The notes below the pieces were generated by a model. It had not been told where the DNA came from. It was given only the letters and a program-made list of their open reading frames with translations, and searched no databases. From the NCBI RefSeq assembly GCF_009914755.1, contig NC_060941.1: DNA of 64,000 nucleotides; one strand, 5' to 3'. This DNA comes from the human T2T-CHM13v2.0 reference genome, Homo sapiens. The position numbers were made by a program, and so were the translations under genes. Positions 44,001 to 58,613 of the stretch are shown in pieces (the stretch's first letter is position 1; each line of letters starts with the position of its first letter).

Positions 44001-45959
44001 ATGTGTTCTTTTTTTCATTCAATTTGTCCAGATCTCTCTTGGGTGTATATTTACCTCCCTCCCCCATTTCGCAGAGGAGGGAACTGAGGCTTAGCATGTG
44101 TTTCCTTGCAGGTTGTAGACTACTTCTCCAAAAGGGAAGGGGTGCCCCTGTCAGCCTGGGCTCCAACAGGCAAAGCTGGCCGATCGGCACACACTGTGGA
44201 GCACAGAGACACCACTCCCCTGGAACTTCCTGAGCACCCATGGACTGCAAAATTGATTAATGTATTTTTGTTCCTTGATGTCTTCAACAGGTATGAGGTG
44301 GTATCTCATTGTAGTTTTGATTTGCATTTCCCTGATGATTAGTGATGTTGAAGAGATCAAGACCCAGATGAGACCAAAGTCCTAGATGAAGACACCAAAG
44401 AACAAGAATACATCAATAGATTTTACAGCCCATGGGTGCTCAGGAAGTCCAGGGGCTCTTTGGTACTTTAAAAACTACCACCTTTTTTTTTTTTTTGAGA
44501 GGTACTAATCTAGCTAGTCTTTTTATTACTCCTACATATTGTGAGGGCAAAGTGACTATGTTTTCTTTTTCTAGTTTGGGAAACCTAGTGAGTATGGAGA
44601 AAGGGGCATTTAGGACTGGCCCAGAAAGTCAGAGACAGGAGCCAGTTTGCCCCATTTTGAGTCCTGTTTGGTCAAGGTGAAAGTCTGCCTATGCCTAGGG
44701 GCCCTAGGGGTGAGAGACTGGGTTTTTCTTTGTTCTCACTGGACTAAAGAACTGAATGAGAGGCACAGTTGGGGAATTAAGAGTGGAAAGGCCAGGGGAG
44801 GTCATCTTGTCCAAATCATTTGTCGATAAGGACTCAGCCCCAGGGAGGGGAGTTGACTTGCCCAGTGTCAGAGAGGATGCTGTGATGGGGTGGGGCCTAG
44901 AAACCCAGTTGCCTGCCTGCCTTCCTTGCTCATGCTTCTCCTTCTCTTCCTCAACACATCGTAGGCATTTATCTATGTGCAGTCTGCTGGGTATCTATTG
45001 CTTTCGTTTGCTGTCACTCTGGTGTCCTTGTTGTGATTGATGCTACCACCACCCTGTAAAGGAAGGCATGGTATGACTCAGATAAACTTTTAATAGGCAG
45101 GTCGTACAAATGCTCTACTATTGGTACCATTTATAGAAAGGTCATTGCAGGTATTGTGCAGGCTGCTTTAAGTAACTACATAGTGTTTAAGCCTCATAAC
45201 TCATGGAGGCAATTATTAACCTCCCCAATGTACAGATAGAGAAGTAAAGCAACTTGCCTAGGGTCACGCAGCAGGCAAGAGGCAGAGTAAAGTTGATTTA
45301 CCATCCATATTCTTCAGCTGTTATACTATATCGCTGCCTGCCATTGCAGGTTAAGGAAGATTCTACCTCAGAAGCAGCAGCAAGCCATGTAAAGATTGCC
45401 ACCTGCTTACCCTAAACCTTTGTGAATATTTGGTTCTCTGGAAAAATAAGGTTGCTCAGAAATAGGTCTAGATGCCATCATAGCTAAGGCTGCCGTGTGT
45501 CTGACATTGATGCAAAAAGTAAAGTAAAAGATAAAATCCAGTTAAGTATATTATTTTGAATATGAAATAACTGGGTGTTTTGAATTTTTCATTGTCAATC
45601 CATCTAGTCACTAGGCTGAAGTTTTTCATATGCTTGGGAATGTTCTCATTTGCACAGACTCTCCTTGCCTGTGCTCTCCCCCTTCCAGGAGAGTGTGACA
45701 GAAAGGAGAGATGAAAGTTATTTTTAATTTGGCCACTGAACAAACATCCAAGTGTTCTCTTCCAGGAGCTAAGCCTATATGTTTTCTCAACAGGGTATTA
45801 ATTACCTGGCTCTGGGAATGGCTAGACAGGCTGTTCTGGATGCCCTGCCAGCCCCGTATGCAATTGCTCCTGCACCCAGCAGGACTCAGAGACTTCAGCA
45901 GGGAGCATCCTCTTTCTCAATAAAGTCAGACATGGGTACTGGGTAACTTGTTAAACACA

Positions 45960-45965
45960 TTTATT
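45960..45965 (-). terminator. Distal polyadenylation signal AATAAA of CA10
   Basis: tttatt on + strand. U-rich upstream sequence and TGTCTGACTTTATT downstream in mRNA sense. Confidence 0.85.
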
Positions 45966-46413
45966 GATTTCTTGACAGTAACCAAACACAGTGAGTGACC
46001 ATTATAAACAAGAAAAGAAAGGCATTCGTTTTGTACTTTGTGAGATCTGGCTGCACCTGGAGAGAAAACATACCCCTTTCCCAGGAACTTACAAGGCAAA
46101 GTGCATTCCTTCACGGGAGCATCACAGGGGGGCATGGCAGTTTTGAAACGCAAGAAGTCTGTCGCCTGCTATCTCAGGCTGAAGCTCACCTCATGTGAAT
46201 GATTGAGCCATGGAGTGGAATTAAAGTCATACTTGCTTAGCAAATGCATTCCTGATTGCCACAAACTCAGTAAAAACTGGCTGCAAATGAACAAAACATG
46301 TAGATGAAGGAACAAGTGAAATCAAAGAATGCAGTTGCATGGAGCCAGGGCTTAGCCTGTAAGGAAGGAGAACAGACCAAAGCCAGAAAAATGAAATTAA
46401 CTCGTTAAACACA

Positions 46414-46419
46414 TTTATT
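46414..46419 (-). terminator. Proximal alternative polyadenylation signal AATAAA of CA10
   Basis: tttatt on + strand, followed in mRNA sense by U/GU-rich TTTCATTTTTCTGGCTTTGGTCTGTT. Confidence 0.7.
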
Positions 46420-47207
46420 GAGCTGGTAACAATAACCAAACACAATGTATGACCTTTGGAAAACAAGAAACAGCAAATGGATCATTTCTGATCTTGGCAA
46501 ATCCTACTACAGATATGTGACAAAGAGGGAAATAATTCCATTTCCTTATAGTCTGTGGTGATATATATACAATGTGTAGCTCTTCAATGTCTGTCCTTTT
46601 TTTCTTTGTAAATTGTTGAGTAAACAGAAGAATCATAATCTAGAAATAAGTGTCCTTGGTCAACTTTGTCCTGCTCACCTGCTACCAGCACCCTCAAAGG
46701 ATCCTAGGACACTATCTGAAATTACTTGATGCAAAGTCCGTTTGATGCCATCAGAGCTGTATTTTCTCCTCTCTCTTTTGGAAGAATTTTGTATGTACAA
46801 AGGCTGAAAAGTCTCATTGGGTAGATTTATTAGTTCAGGAAAACGGTATCAAAATTGAAATCAGGTTAACTGGTTATTTTCTTCTAAGACCTCTTATGAA
46901 TGAGACTTTTGTTTCTGAAACTTGACTTCCCATGATGGAGGTTGTAAGAGTGTGTGTGTGTGTAGGTATGTTTGCATGTGTTTGTATGTATGTGCAAGTG
47001 CTTGTGTGTGTGTTTGTGAGTATGTGTGAGAGATGTATTCCTCTGCCATGGTTTTGCAGACACTTTTCATGAAGAAAGGGCCAATCCCAAGAATGAATGA
47101 GGCTTGGGGGAAAGAAGGAGAGAGAAGCAAGAAGGGGGACATTCTAGGTTACGTCAATTCACAGTTGTAGCATTTCACTGAGGTGGGATTCTTCTTGGCT
47201 TTGTTCC

Positions 47208-47230
47208 CTACTTGAGGAGCCATTCATTTA
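47208..47230 (-). CDS. CA10: CA10 last exon, coding part (VNEWLLK-stop)
   Basis: Long polypyrimidine tract then ...ctctttgcAG|TA AAT GAA TGG CTC CTC AAG TAG. Phase 1 joins the G of the previous exon to give V-N-E-W-L-L-K-stop, the CA10 C-terminus. Confidence 0.96.
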
Positions 47231-47404
47231 CTGCAAAGAGAGAGAAAGAAAAAAAAAATCACACATACAACATAAAACGAGGCATACTCAATTAATTTGC
47301 ACACAGTTTTAGAGAATTCCTCCAGAGGGGAAGGGACTGTTTTGTAAATGCCTGCTTACTTATATGCATTCCAACTACTCCCTTCCAATTCTCCATGACC
47401 TTCT

Positions 47405-47850
47405 AGGCCTATACTGACCAATATGGTGGCCACTAGCTGCCATATGTGGCTACTATGAATTTAAATTAATTAAAATAAAAAATTAGTTGCATCATTGTAC
47501 TAGTCACCCATCCAATGTTCAATAGCCACATATGGCTAGTAGCTGCTGTATTGGGCAGTGCAGGATAGTCATCAACCTATCATGAAAACATTCCCATTAC
47601 CACAGAAAGTTCTAGTGGATGACACTGCTCTAGGCTAGGGATGGAAAAACAACAGTCCACAGATCTAATCCAGCACAATACCTGTTTTTATAAATAAAGT
47701 TTTATTGGAACACAGCCATACCCATTCATTTAGATATTATCAATGGCTGATTTCATACTACAATGTCAGAGTGCCATAGAGATTTTATGGCTTCAAAACT
47801 TAACATATTTACTCTCTGTCCTTTATAGAAAAAGTGTGTAGACTCCTGTT
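47405..47850. mobile_element. MER3 followed by MER58-like hAT fossils in the last CA10 intron
   Basis: ccaatatggtggccactagc...acagaaagttctagtgga; then aataaagttttattggaacacagcca. Confidence 0.75.
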
Positions 47851-49043
47851 GTAGACCATATGCTCTGTTTGGATAGGTGTCTTATCTGTCACCCATCACC
47901 CAGCTAACTGACACATGGTAGGAACACAATACAGGGGTTTTGACTAAAGAGAAGAAGCAATGAATGAGTTAGGTATTTACTTTTCTGGTAGTTCCGGCTG
48001 GAAGGGTGTGGAAAATATGTAGTTTGGGCATGCAAGTGTATCTGAGAGAGAAAAAAGAAGGGAACAAGGGGGAAGTAGGAGGAATGAAGTGGAGGATCAA
48101 GGAGTAGTGGTGGAGGCTGCTTCTAAAAGCTGTCTGGTAATAACCACAGCCCTCCTATTTGGGGAGCATGTTATTGCTACAAAGGGCTTCCCTATCCAGG
48201 CTCTTGTTTGCTTCCTTTAACAAACTGTGAAGTAGATGGCATAGGAACTGTCACGAAGAAGCCAGGTCTAGGGGGTAAACAATGTGGCTGGGTTTGCACA
48301 GCTTGTTAGAACTAGGCCCAGAACTTGGGTGTCCTGATTTCCAGTCCAGGGCTCTCCAAGACCCCATCCTTCCTCCATCTTTCTTTCCACACTGAGTGTT
48401 TACCACAATGATTAACAGATGTTTAGTAGTAAGCAGAAGGGAAGAGAGAGAGGGCTGGGTGTGCACCACAGAGTTACAGGAGGCAGATGTCAACTTAAAT
48501 GTCCCCTTTAGTGGGAATAATAACCATTTCTAGGGACATAGCACTGGGCAAAGATACACTCACAAATTACCCCATTGGATTCTAATGGCCTGCCCTTTAG
48601 AGTATTTGTTCATCTTCTAGGGGAAAGCAGGTCTTTCTTCCATATACTTAAAAGCTCTAATGCTTTTCACTGTCCTGTTCTAACAGATAACCTTGGGAAC
48701 ATCAGCCTTTCTGGGCTCTTTTGAAAAATGGCAATAAAAAGCTGTCTTGCCTGATCTACAGGGGTTTTAAAGGTTTGATATATGTGTTTAAAGGTTACAT
48801 ATATATATATCTCACATATATCAAACCTCTACACCTTGCCATCTACCTACCGTCCATCCATCCATCCATCCACTTACTTACCTACCTACCAACCTACCTA
48901 GATGCATTCATACAGGTATCTGTATCACATATATCAAAACTTTAGACCTTCATCACCATGCAAATGGAGTGTGATAGCTATTGTCATTTACAGTCATCAT
49001 TCCTATAATGGAAGATAATGCCAGGCCTTTAAGAACAGGTCTA

Positions 49044-49313
<270 letters not shown>

Positions 49314-50625
49314 TTAAATGCACTAGGGAAGAAATAAGACCACAGAGACTCTGGCCAAGCTAGGTGGTATTGGCTGTATGAGGAAAGGGCTGTATAAGCC
49401 CCACAGAGTCCCTTTTTTCCATGGGTTCAGTTGAGCTGAAGGCCCATTATACCTCCACACATGAAGCCAGCCTTTCTTCTAGCTTACTAGCTTGTGTATG
49501 CCTCTGAACAAGTCACTTGCGCTCTCTCACCCTCAAATGCAGCATCCAAAAAAGGAGCAAATCTGGTTAGGTTTCTCTAAGGTTCTTTCTTTCTTTGATA
49601 CTCTTTGGTTCAATAATTCCATGACTCCCACATGGTATTACGTGGATCATAGTGATTGGTCCATGGGTCAGAGCTAAACTAAGCTGGACCAGTTTGGTTT
49701 CTTTTCTGTGAGACTATGAGGGCCAGGTGGCTGGACTGTTTGCAGCCATGTTCTGCCACAGGACTGTGAGGCAAAAGAAGACGGTCTCTAGCAGGAGAGA
49801 AGAATGAAGTGAATGTGTGGTGAGAAGAGGACAACAGAGAGAAAGCACTTCTGGGGTTCCCATTTCAGTGAATTTCTGATGTCAATTTCTGATTTTAAAT
49901 TCTCTAAGATGCCCTCGTAGCTCTCAAATAAATGCTTTTTCTAAGCTTAAGTGGGGAGTTACTGTTGCCTGTCACCCAGTGGGTCCCATTCAATACAGAT
50001 AGGTTAAGGAACTTCAAATTGTTCAAATGGTGGTCAGGTGGGAACACATATCCCGTCAAGGATATTGGCTTCTGCTTCCTTTGCTCATCTCTCCTTTAAT
50101 TTGTTATAGACTCCCACAGTCATAGAATGTCAGAGCTGGAGCAAACTCATGTAATTTATCCCCCTCTCAATAAAGAAGAGGAGTGTTCATTTCATAGAGG
50201 TGGGTGACAGGCCTGAAGAGCACAATAAGCCGTGTAGCCAAGCTCACACAGGAGGACCCATCTGCCTCCCATCCAGTTCTGATGAGTACTAACTCTGTGA
50301 GATGATCCAAAAAAAACACTGCACATTCAAATATGTGTGCAAAATACTACATATCATACCACTTCCTCTTGAAGACTGACACATATATTAGCATTTAAGA
50401 AGGACCCCAGAAATCCTTCAACAATGGAATCTATTTAACTTTTTAAAACCCAACTTTTTCAAATGCATAATGACATCTTCCATTTTGCTTGCTTGCTTTC
50501 TGAACACTGTAGTTGTAGAATACACTCTGGGAATTAATGGCTATCTTTTCCCACTGAGACAGTTGAGATGCTTCTATAATTAGCTCAGGCTAAGCCTTTT
50601 GGATGCTGGCTCTTTAAACCCAGGC

Positions 50626-51400
<775 letters not shown>

Positions 51401-51457
51401 AATAGGCACTCCACATTTCAGTGATTTTTTTTTAACATCATTCTTCTCCATTAGCTA

Positions 51458-51652
<195 letters not shown>

Positions 51653-51787
51653 TTAAAAATTAGGTTTCTTGAGAAAGGGATGGTATTGCTGACATACATA
51701 CATACATACATACATATACATATACATATACATACATATATACACACACAGATATATATGTATTTCTTTTGGAATTCCAGAAGACTC

Positions 51788-52180
51788 TATCTGTCAGAAC
51801 AGGCTGCAGTAACAAGCAGTTGTCCCCCAGATCTCGGTTGTTTTAAGCAATAAGAATGTATTTCTTGCTCACACACATGATCATTCCAGGTTGGCTGAGG
51901 CTTCCCTCCATGTCATTGTCCATGCTTTGGGACCTAGACTCTTAGAGCAGTAAACACCTGGACCTGTGCGGATCACAGTGACAGAAGCGAAAGCATGGCG
52001 AATGTGTGTTGGTTCTTAAAACTTCCATCCCAGAAGTGGCACACATCACTTGTGCTCATGTTTTGGTAGCCAAAGAAGTCACATGGTTAAGGCTGATGTT
52101 GGGGATGCGAGGAAGCACATTCCTTCCACAGGATGGGGCCCTGAGCATTGGTGAGCTGTAAGCAATGCGTTCTACCACAG
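51788..52180 (-). mobile_element. Old MLT1 (J/K-like) LTR
   Basis: tatttcttgctcac...cagaagtggcacacatcactt...aagtcacatgg...tctaccaca. Confidence 0.65.
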
Positions 52181-52395
52181 GGATTGTTTGAGGAGTCCTT
52201 GATTCTAGTCCCTGAGATCTGGACTCCTAGGCATTACAGGTATCATGAGATGGACAATTAAAGCTTCTAGACCTGTTGAAATTCACCTGGTGACCATTCT
52301 CACTTAAAACAACAATAAGAAAATATTTTTGGATAGAAAAGTAAATCAGGCCAAATCCTACCATGAGATTCTATGGTTAAGCTCAACAACTGATT

Positions 52396-52399
<4 letters not shown>

Positions 52400-52438
<39 letters not shown>
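52400..52438. repeat. (TG)19 microsatellite
   Basis: Perfect dinucleotide run. Confidence 0.97.
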
Positions 52439-52440
<2 letters not shown>

Positions 52441-55400
52441 TTTTCTCTCTCTCAGGTCTATGCAGATAGCCTTTTCTCTTACACCAATTTGAGGTATTCA
52501 TACCCATATATCTTCTATTACTAAATACAGTAATTCAGTGGTAAAAATGACATAAGTACATCACAGACTATATGGAAAAAAGAAAAAACAATTTCAGTCA
52601 TCTAAAACTGTTACTATTAGCATTTTGGTGTGTTTCCTGTTAATTTTTTTAGTCAATGTATTGGTTGTATTTTTGATAAAATTGTGTGTATTGGAGTTTT
52701 AAAATATCAGTTAATTGCAATGTATCTCTCCTCTTCTCCCCTCTTCATGATCCTTCTTCCTTTCTTTTAGCACGTGATTGTTCTCTTCTGCTGGCTTCAA
52801 AAATACCATACTTAGTATTCCCATTTTTCTGGCCATTCTCTCTCAGGTTTTGTTGCTGTCTCCTGATCTTCTACCTGCTTCTCTCAATGATGCAATTCCC
52901 CAAAGATCAGTCCAAGGCTCCCTTCTTTTCTTACTCTATCCTCTCATCTGAGAGTAGCTCATCTACATCCATGGCTTCACTTGCCTTCTGCATCCCAGTG
53001 ATTCCAGATCTATATCTCTAGAGGTATGACATCCCCAGGCATACCATGAGCACCCATCACTGTGGCCAGTCCAGGAGACCTGGAGAACACATGGCAGGGT
53101 CCCAAAGCCTGGCTGGCCGAGGGATGAGACTGACTCTCCAGCCCCATGGATGCACACATGTTCTCTCGTCCATGTGTCTAACTCCCAGTGGGAAAGTACT
53201 CATTCTTCAGGGGTTGAGGGAACCTCTTCAGTTTAGTATTGTGCACATATATGGTAAAGGAAGACTTTCACATATGGCTGGAACCTCACATTGACTCAAT
53301 AAAATGAGTCAGGCAGATAGTAACATCCTCCACTGACAAGAAACTAAAGATCAGGGAGGCAAAGTGGGCTGCCCAAGGTCACAGGGCTAGCTGGTGACTG
53401 CAAAGTGGAAATTAGAACTCAGCTCTTCCGACCTCCAGACCAAGGTCATTTTTTCATTCAACGATTATTCACTAGAACCTCTTTGTGCTAGGCACAGTGT
53501 TAAGCTCTGGGGACAGAGCAATTAACAAGATAGATGCAGTCCTTGACCTTATTCTAGTTGGAGAGATAGATAACAAATGGCAAAATAAAAATAAGTAGGC
53601 TATAATGTCACAGTAATAAGTGCACCTTGACCTGCCTGTACTTACCTACTGATTAATGCTGCTAATTTATTTTCCTTGGCAAAGATGCCCTCTCCTCCAT
53701 TTCTTCCTCTAGAAATTGCTCGTTCAGCCTTCTCCAATAAGAAAGAGTTACCTTTGCCAAGGGAACTTGAATTTCAGTGTTGCTTTGTCAATTAAATTGT
53801 GAACAAATCAATGGAGCCAATCGTTTGGAATGATATAAATACAATCACAATTTGCCTACTCCATTCAAAGCTGCCCTTCCTGGCCTCCTACTCCCTTGAT
53901 GGGGTAAGGGAACCCCTCCAGGGTTCCATCCACCAAAGTCTCTGAGGAAGATAGCTTCACCAAGCTGGATTTGGAGACCAACCCTAGGAGGAAGGACTTT
54001 CTTTCACTTTTCATTTAAATGTTTCTACCTTTCCGTCAAAACACCAAGGAACGAGGACATGCTCGAGAGAGACACAGTGATTGGAATATGGCCAGCCTGG
54101 GTCTGCACTATGGCCTGTTTGGGCAGATGCTTCCATAACAAAGCCACAGTGCCCAGGGCACACACGACGTGAGGGACCTTGGGGGTTACATCAGGGGCCA
54201 ACCCAATAAGTTAACATTGGATATCAGCATTTGTCTCTGACTGCCTCTTAAGTCCCTAAGATGTGTCAGGCACTAAGCCAGGTATAGATGAGTAGGAAAT
54301 AATTAAGTGAATGCAGAAGGCATGACAGAGACAATGACATAAATCTGCATTGGGCCCAGAGAGAGGCTGTGAGTTCTGTCTGGGGCGAGGGTGCGGGGTA
54401 CTCAGGAAGGAATGAATCGAGGAGTTGACTTGAACTGCATCTTTAACAGCAGGAGGTGATCAGTTTGTAGCTGGGAATCGGGTAGGGTGTCAAGGCCACT
54501 GTAGACAGAGCAATGCTAGAAAAAGAGTCAAGGAAGGAGTGGTGTGTACTTGGGGACAGATGGAGTGTGAGGTGCAGGGCGATGTGGAGATGGAAGGGGA
54601 GGGAGGGCTGCTGTGAGAAATGTGGCTGGTGGGGTCAGCACAGGCCACACCAGAAGGTCTTCCCAGCACTACTGGGAGTTTGGACTTCATCCGGAGGCAA
54701 TGCGGAACCACCGAAGGGATTGAAGCCAAGGAGTAGCATGATCACATTTGCACTTAATGAGGCTTGCTCTGATGGTGGTTTGGCCTGAAGATTAACATAT
54801 TGAATAAGAGAAGGAAGCATTCAGCACATTTTTGTTAAAGGTCAATGTGATTTGTTTAACCAAGCTTGCACGAGGAACACATTGGGTACTCTAGCATGCT
54901 GTTATTATTGCATTTTATTTTATTCGGGGCGGTGGGGAGGAGTGAAGGGGGAAGTAGAAAGAGAGGCATTCCAGGCATGACTGGAGTAAAGAAAAGGAAC
55001 ATGTTTTGTTTCTTTGAGACTGTAACCAGCCTTTGTGCTGCAGCTATATTTGTGGAAAAGATTGGGGGCCGAGGTATAGTGTAGGCTAGGAGCAAGAGTC
55101 AAAGGTTATGCTCAGGGATTTATCACACACAGCAGGTTTCCAAAACACCGTAGTGCTGATACCCCAGACTCCATCCACTGAGGTCCTGCCAGGAGATCCC
55201 TCTTTGTCCACTCCCTCTCCAAGATGCAACAGTCATCAGAGGACATAGGCAGCTTCTGCTCTCCTGACATTTTCACTCCCCACTGTGTTCCTTCTGCAAA
55301 TCTTGTTAATACTTATACTCTACCTTTTGCCCTTTTTATATCCTCACACAGCAGAACTTGGAAAGACCCAGAGTGGAGAGTGTGAGTTTTAGACTCACAT

Positions 55401-58223
55401 CGCAGTTGGAGTGCTGACTTTGCTGCTCACTCTCCGTGTGTCCTTGGACCCACAGGTAACCCTCTGAGCCTCAGTTTCTACATTTGCAATAAGCAGATGG
55501 TTGGAGTACTTTGCTCACGGGGTTGTTTGAGGAATAAACAGGATCATGCTTTTCAAGCACCTAGCATAAGGTGTGGTCCAGGTTTGTCACATCCTCCTAC
55601 CCTGCCCTGGAATAACTACTGCTCCTCTCCTCAAGGACTCCCTGGCTTCCCCAGCTGGGCCAGTGCCCTCCTTTTTTGCTGTATTTACTGAATTAGCTTG
55701 TCAATCATTATTTGCCTATTTGACTGTCCCTGCTAAGCTGTGAGCCTTCAGGGGAAGGGTTTGCATCTTGTATCTCTAAGCCCCCAAATGCCAGCATGAG
55801 TCCACCACATACTGGGTGTTTAGTAAACACTGCTCGAATGAACAAATGAAATGGTTTCTGCTCAGCAGCTCTACCTGCTGGCAGTGTTGGGCAAAAGCAA
55901 GGGAGGAAGAGACGACATCATTTATCAGATGAGGGGAAGCATCTCTGAGGCTCCAGTCAGCATCCTTAGCTTAAATACATGCTGCCTACCATCTCCCCCC
56001 TATGTCTCACACCCTAAGACATCAGGGTGAGATTGCCTGCCCTGTTTCCATCTCCATATGCTATTACCATGTTTCCATACCAAAGACTCCTCTACCTTCA
56101 TATTTACATTGCTGAGTCAGTGCGCATTTAACGTGTAATGTTTGTTTTCATGACTCATCATGCTGCCTCAGAGGCTGCCATTAAATCAGTGTCTATCTTT
56201 TAGGTATTGGGATTTGAAAGCCACTGGCTAACTTTCTGCATCTTCTTTTCTCTCTGTTGAAGCTTGCTTTGTATGTTTGATAGGACAGAAGCAGAGGGAC
56301 CCAAGAAAAGAACATGAGTAAAACAGAAGTTTTCAGCCCTAATGTCAAGGCACACTGGGGTGTTTTCAGGGCTAACTAGGCCAGGAACTAGTTTTTAGTC
56401 ACAAACTATCTTGTCCTTGCAGCATCCAGCAGAAAACCATTGTTTGGTTCTTGTCAGCGTTATCGTCTGGGCATTATAGACAGAAAGTAGACTGAGGACC
56501 AATATACCAGAAGGGCGATTCTCCTCTCTAAACTTCCATGGCTCTATTCATGAGTAAGGATGGCAAAGATCTAGAGGAGGTCAGAGTTGTTTGTGAACAA
56601 AGATGCAAATTTGGGGTGAAGCTCAGAGGCCAGTGGGGGAGTGTTCATGCATGTCTCTGCTTGCTTTAAGGATGTTTATTGGTGGAAGTCAGGACAGATG
56701 TTCAAATAAAGTTTCATGAATAGTTTTGCAGAGAGGTTTCTCTACCTATCCCCTCTTTCTCTCTCTCTCTCTCTCTCCTCTCTCTCTTTCTCTCTCTCAT
56801 ATCTCTATCACCTACTTACCTGTCATATGAGAAAATAGCTTATAAAGGGCAAATCCTAGATGTCAAGTCAAGAGTCTTAATTCAAGTCTGAGTTCTAGTG
56901 GTAGCTTTGCCAGCAACTCATTCTTCCTTCATGGAAAAGAATGTAACCTCTTACTTGAGGATACCAAACAGTCCTGGAAAATTGCATCTTCAGGTATTAA
57001 ACATTCTATGGATCCAAAACCATCTTTCAACATAAACAAGCTTGTTAGCCAAATTTATCTTAGGTAGGTCAAATTTTTATATGACAGTGTTGTAATTTTG
57101 TATGTGTTGGCTATATCTTTATAGTAAAGGAGGACCCCTTGGATCTTGAATAATCAATAAGTGTAGAATATATGTGTGCAGTTTATCACCCAATTTTATT
57201 ATTTCAAATGACTGCAGAAGTTGACAGCTGAACCTTTGGTTTTTTGACATGTTCTTGATGAACCTGTGATTTATCTTATACTGAGTTCTTAGTCATGGTT
57301 ACAACTCCCAAGCTGACTTTTTCTTTTTGTAGGAGACGTACACTATGATAAAATGCCTAGGACCACTTGGGGGAGTGGGGGGAAACTTTCCCTCAGTCTG
57401 AACTTTTTTTTTCAGTCTGCATTTAACAGGCAGCCTCTGTTAAATGCATTGTGCTTACTCATGTGGACCACTGATGAGATTTAATATTGCCCGGCTTCCT
57501 GCTTATGAAGTTCCCATTTGAAGAGAACTATTCCAATGAGAACAAGGCACGGCAGTTTCAGAGATCAATACTGGACTTGTTCCTGATCAATATGGAACTA
57601 TTTGGCAATTTTCTCATATAGAATGACATTTCCTCTTGTAATCTGAGGCAAATTCAACTGAAATGAAAAAAGGCAATTACTAAAGAATGAAGTAATATGA
57701 TATTTTGTTTTACACAAACAATAAATGATAAAAGGGACCTCTGAGAATTGGATTCGTGGAGGTAAGCTGCTCCTGTTCTGTTCCTTGCTGACGTGAGTAA
57801 CTACTTAGATTGCAACATGGAAAGTGGTGTGCTGCGTTTTGCATTCTGTGAAAGCATTTCCAAAGCCGTTCCTTTGAAATGAAAGTACAAGTTCAATTAA
57901 GCATAGAGAAAGGCACCAGGAGCAATATGCTTAAACTCCTTGGTGATATTTCGTCACATTTAACACCACGTCCCTCTGAGGAGCGGCGCATAAAACACTT
58001 CCCAAAGAACTGAGAAGTATAAGGCAGTTCCAAGTTGATCTGTCCTTGCCTACACATTCATCTTTTAGCTGAATAGAAGATCTGGGGGTTGGGGGAAGTA
58101 AAGCAAAGTTATAAACAGGTAAGACTGAAAAAGATGCTTTAAAGGGCTTGTGCCACGTGTCAAAGCGCTGAATCTGAAAGCTCTCCTCCAGATGCCTTCA
58201 GTGGTGTGGTTTTATTTCCTTAG

Positions 58224-58613
<390 letters not shown>

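Larger units (their letters stand above)
45937..47207 (-). other. CA10: CA10 3'UTR (3' end approximate)
   Basis: Sequence free of recognisable transposons after the stop codon, ending near the minus-strand AATAAA at 45960-45965. Cleavage inferred about 20-25 nt further on. Confidence 0.85.
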
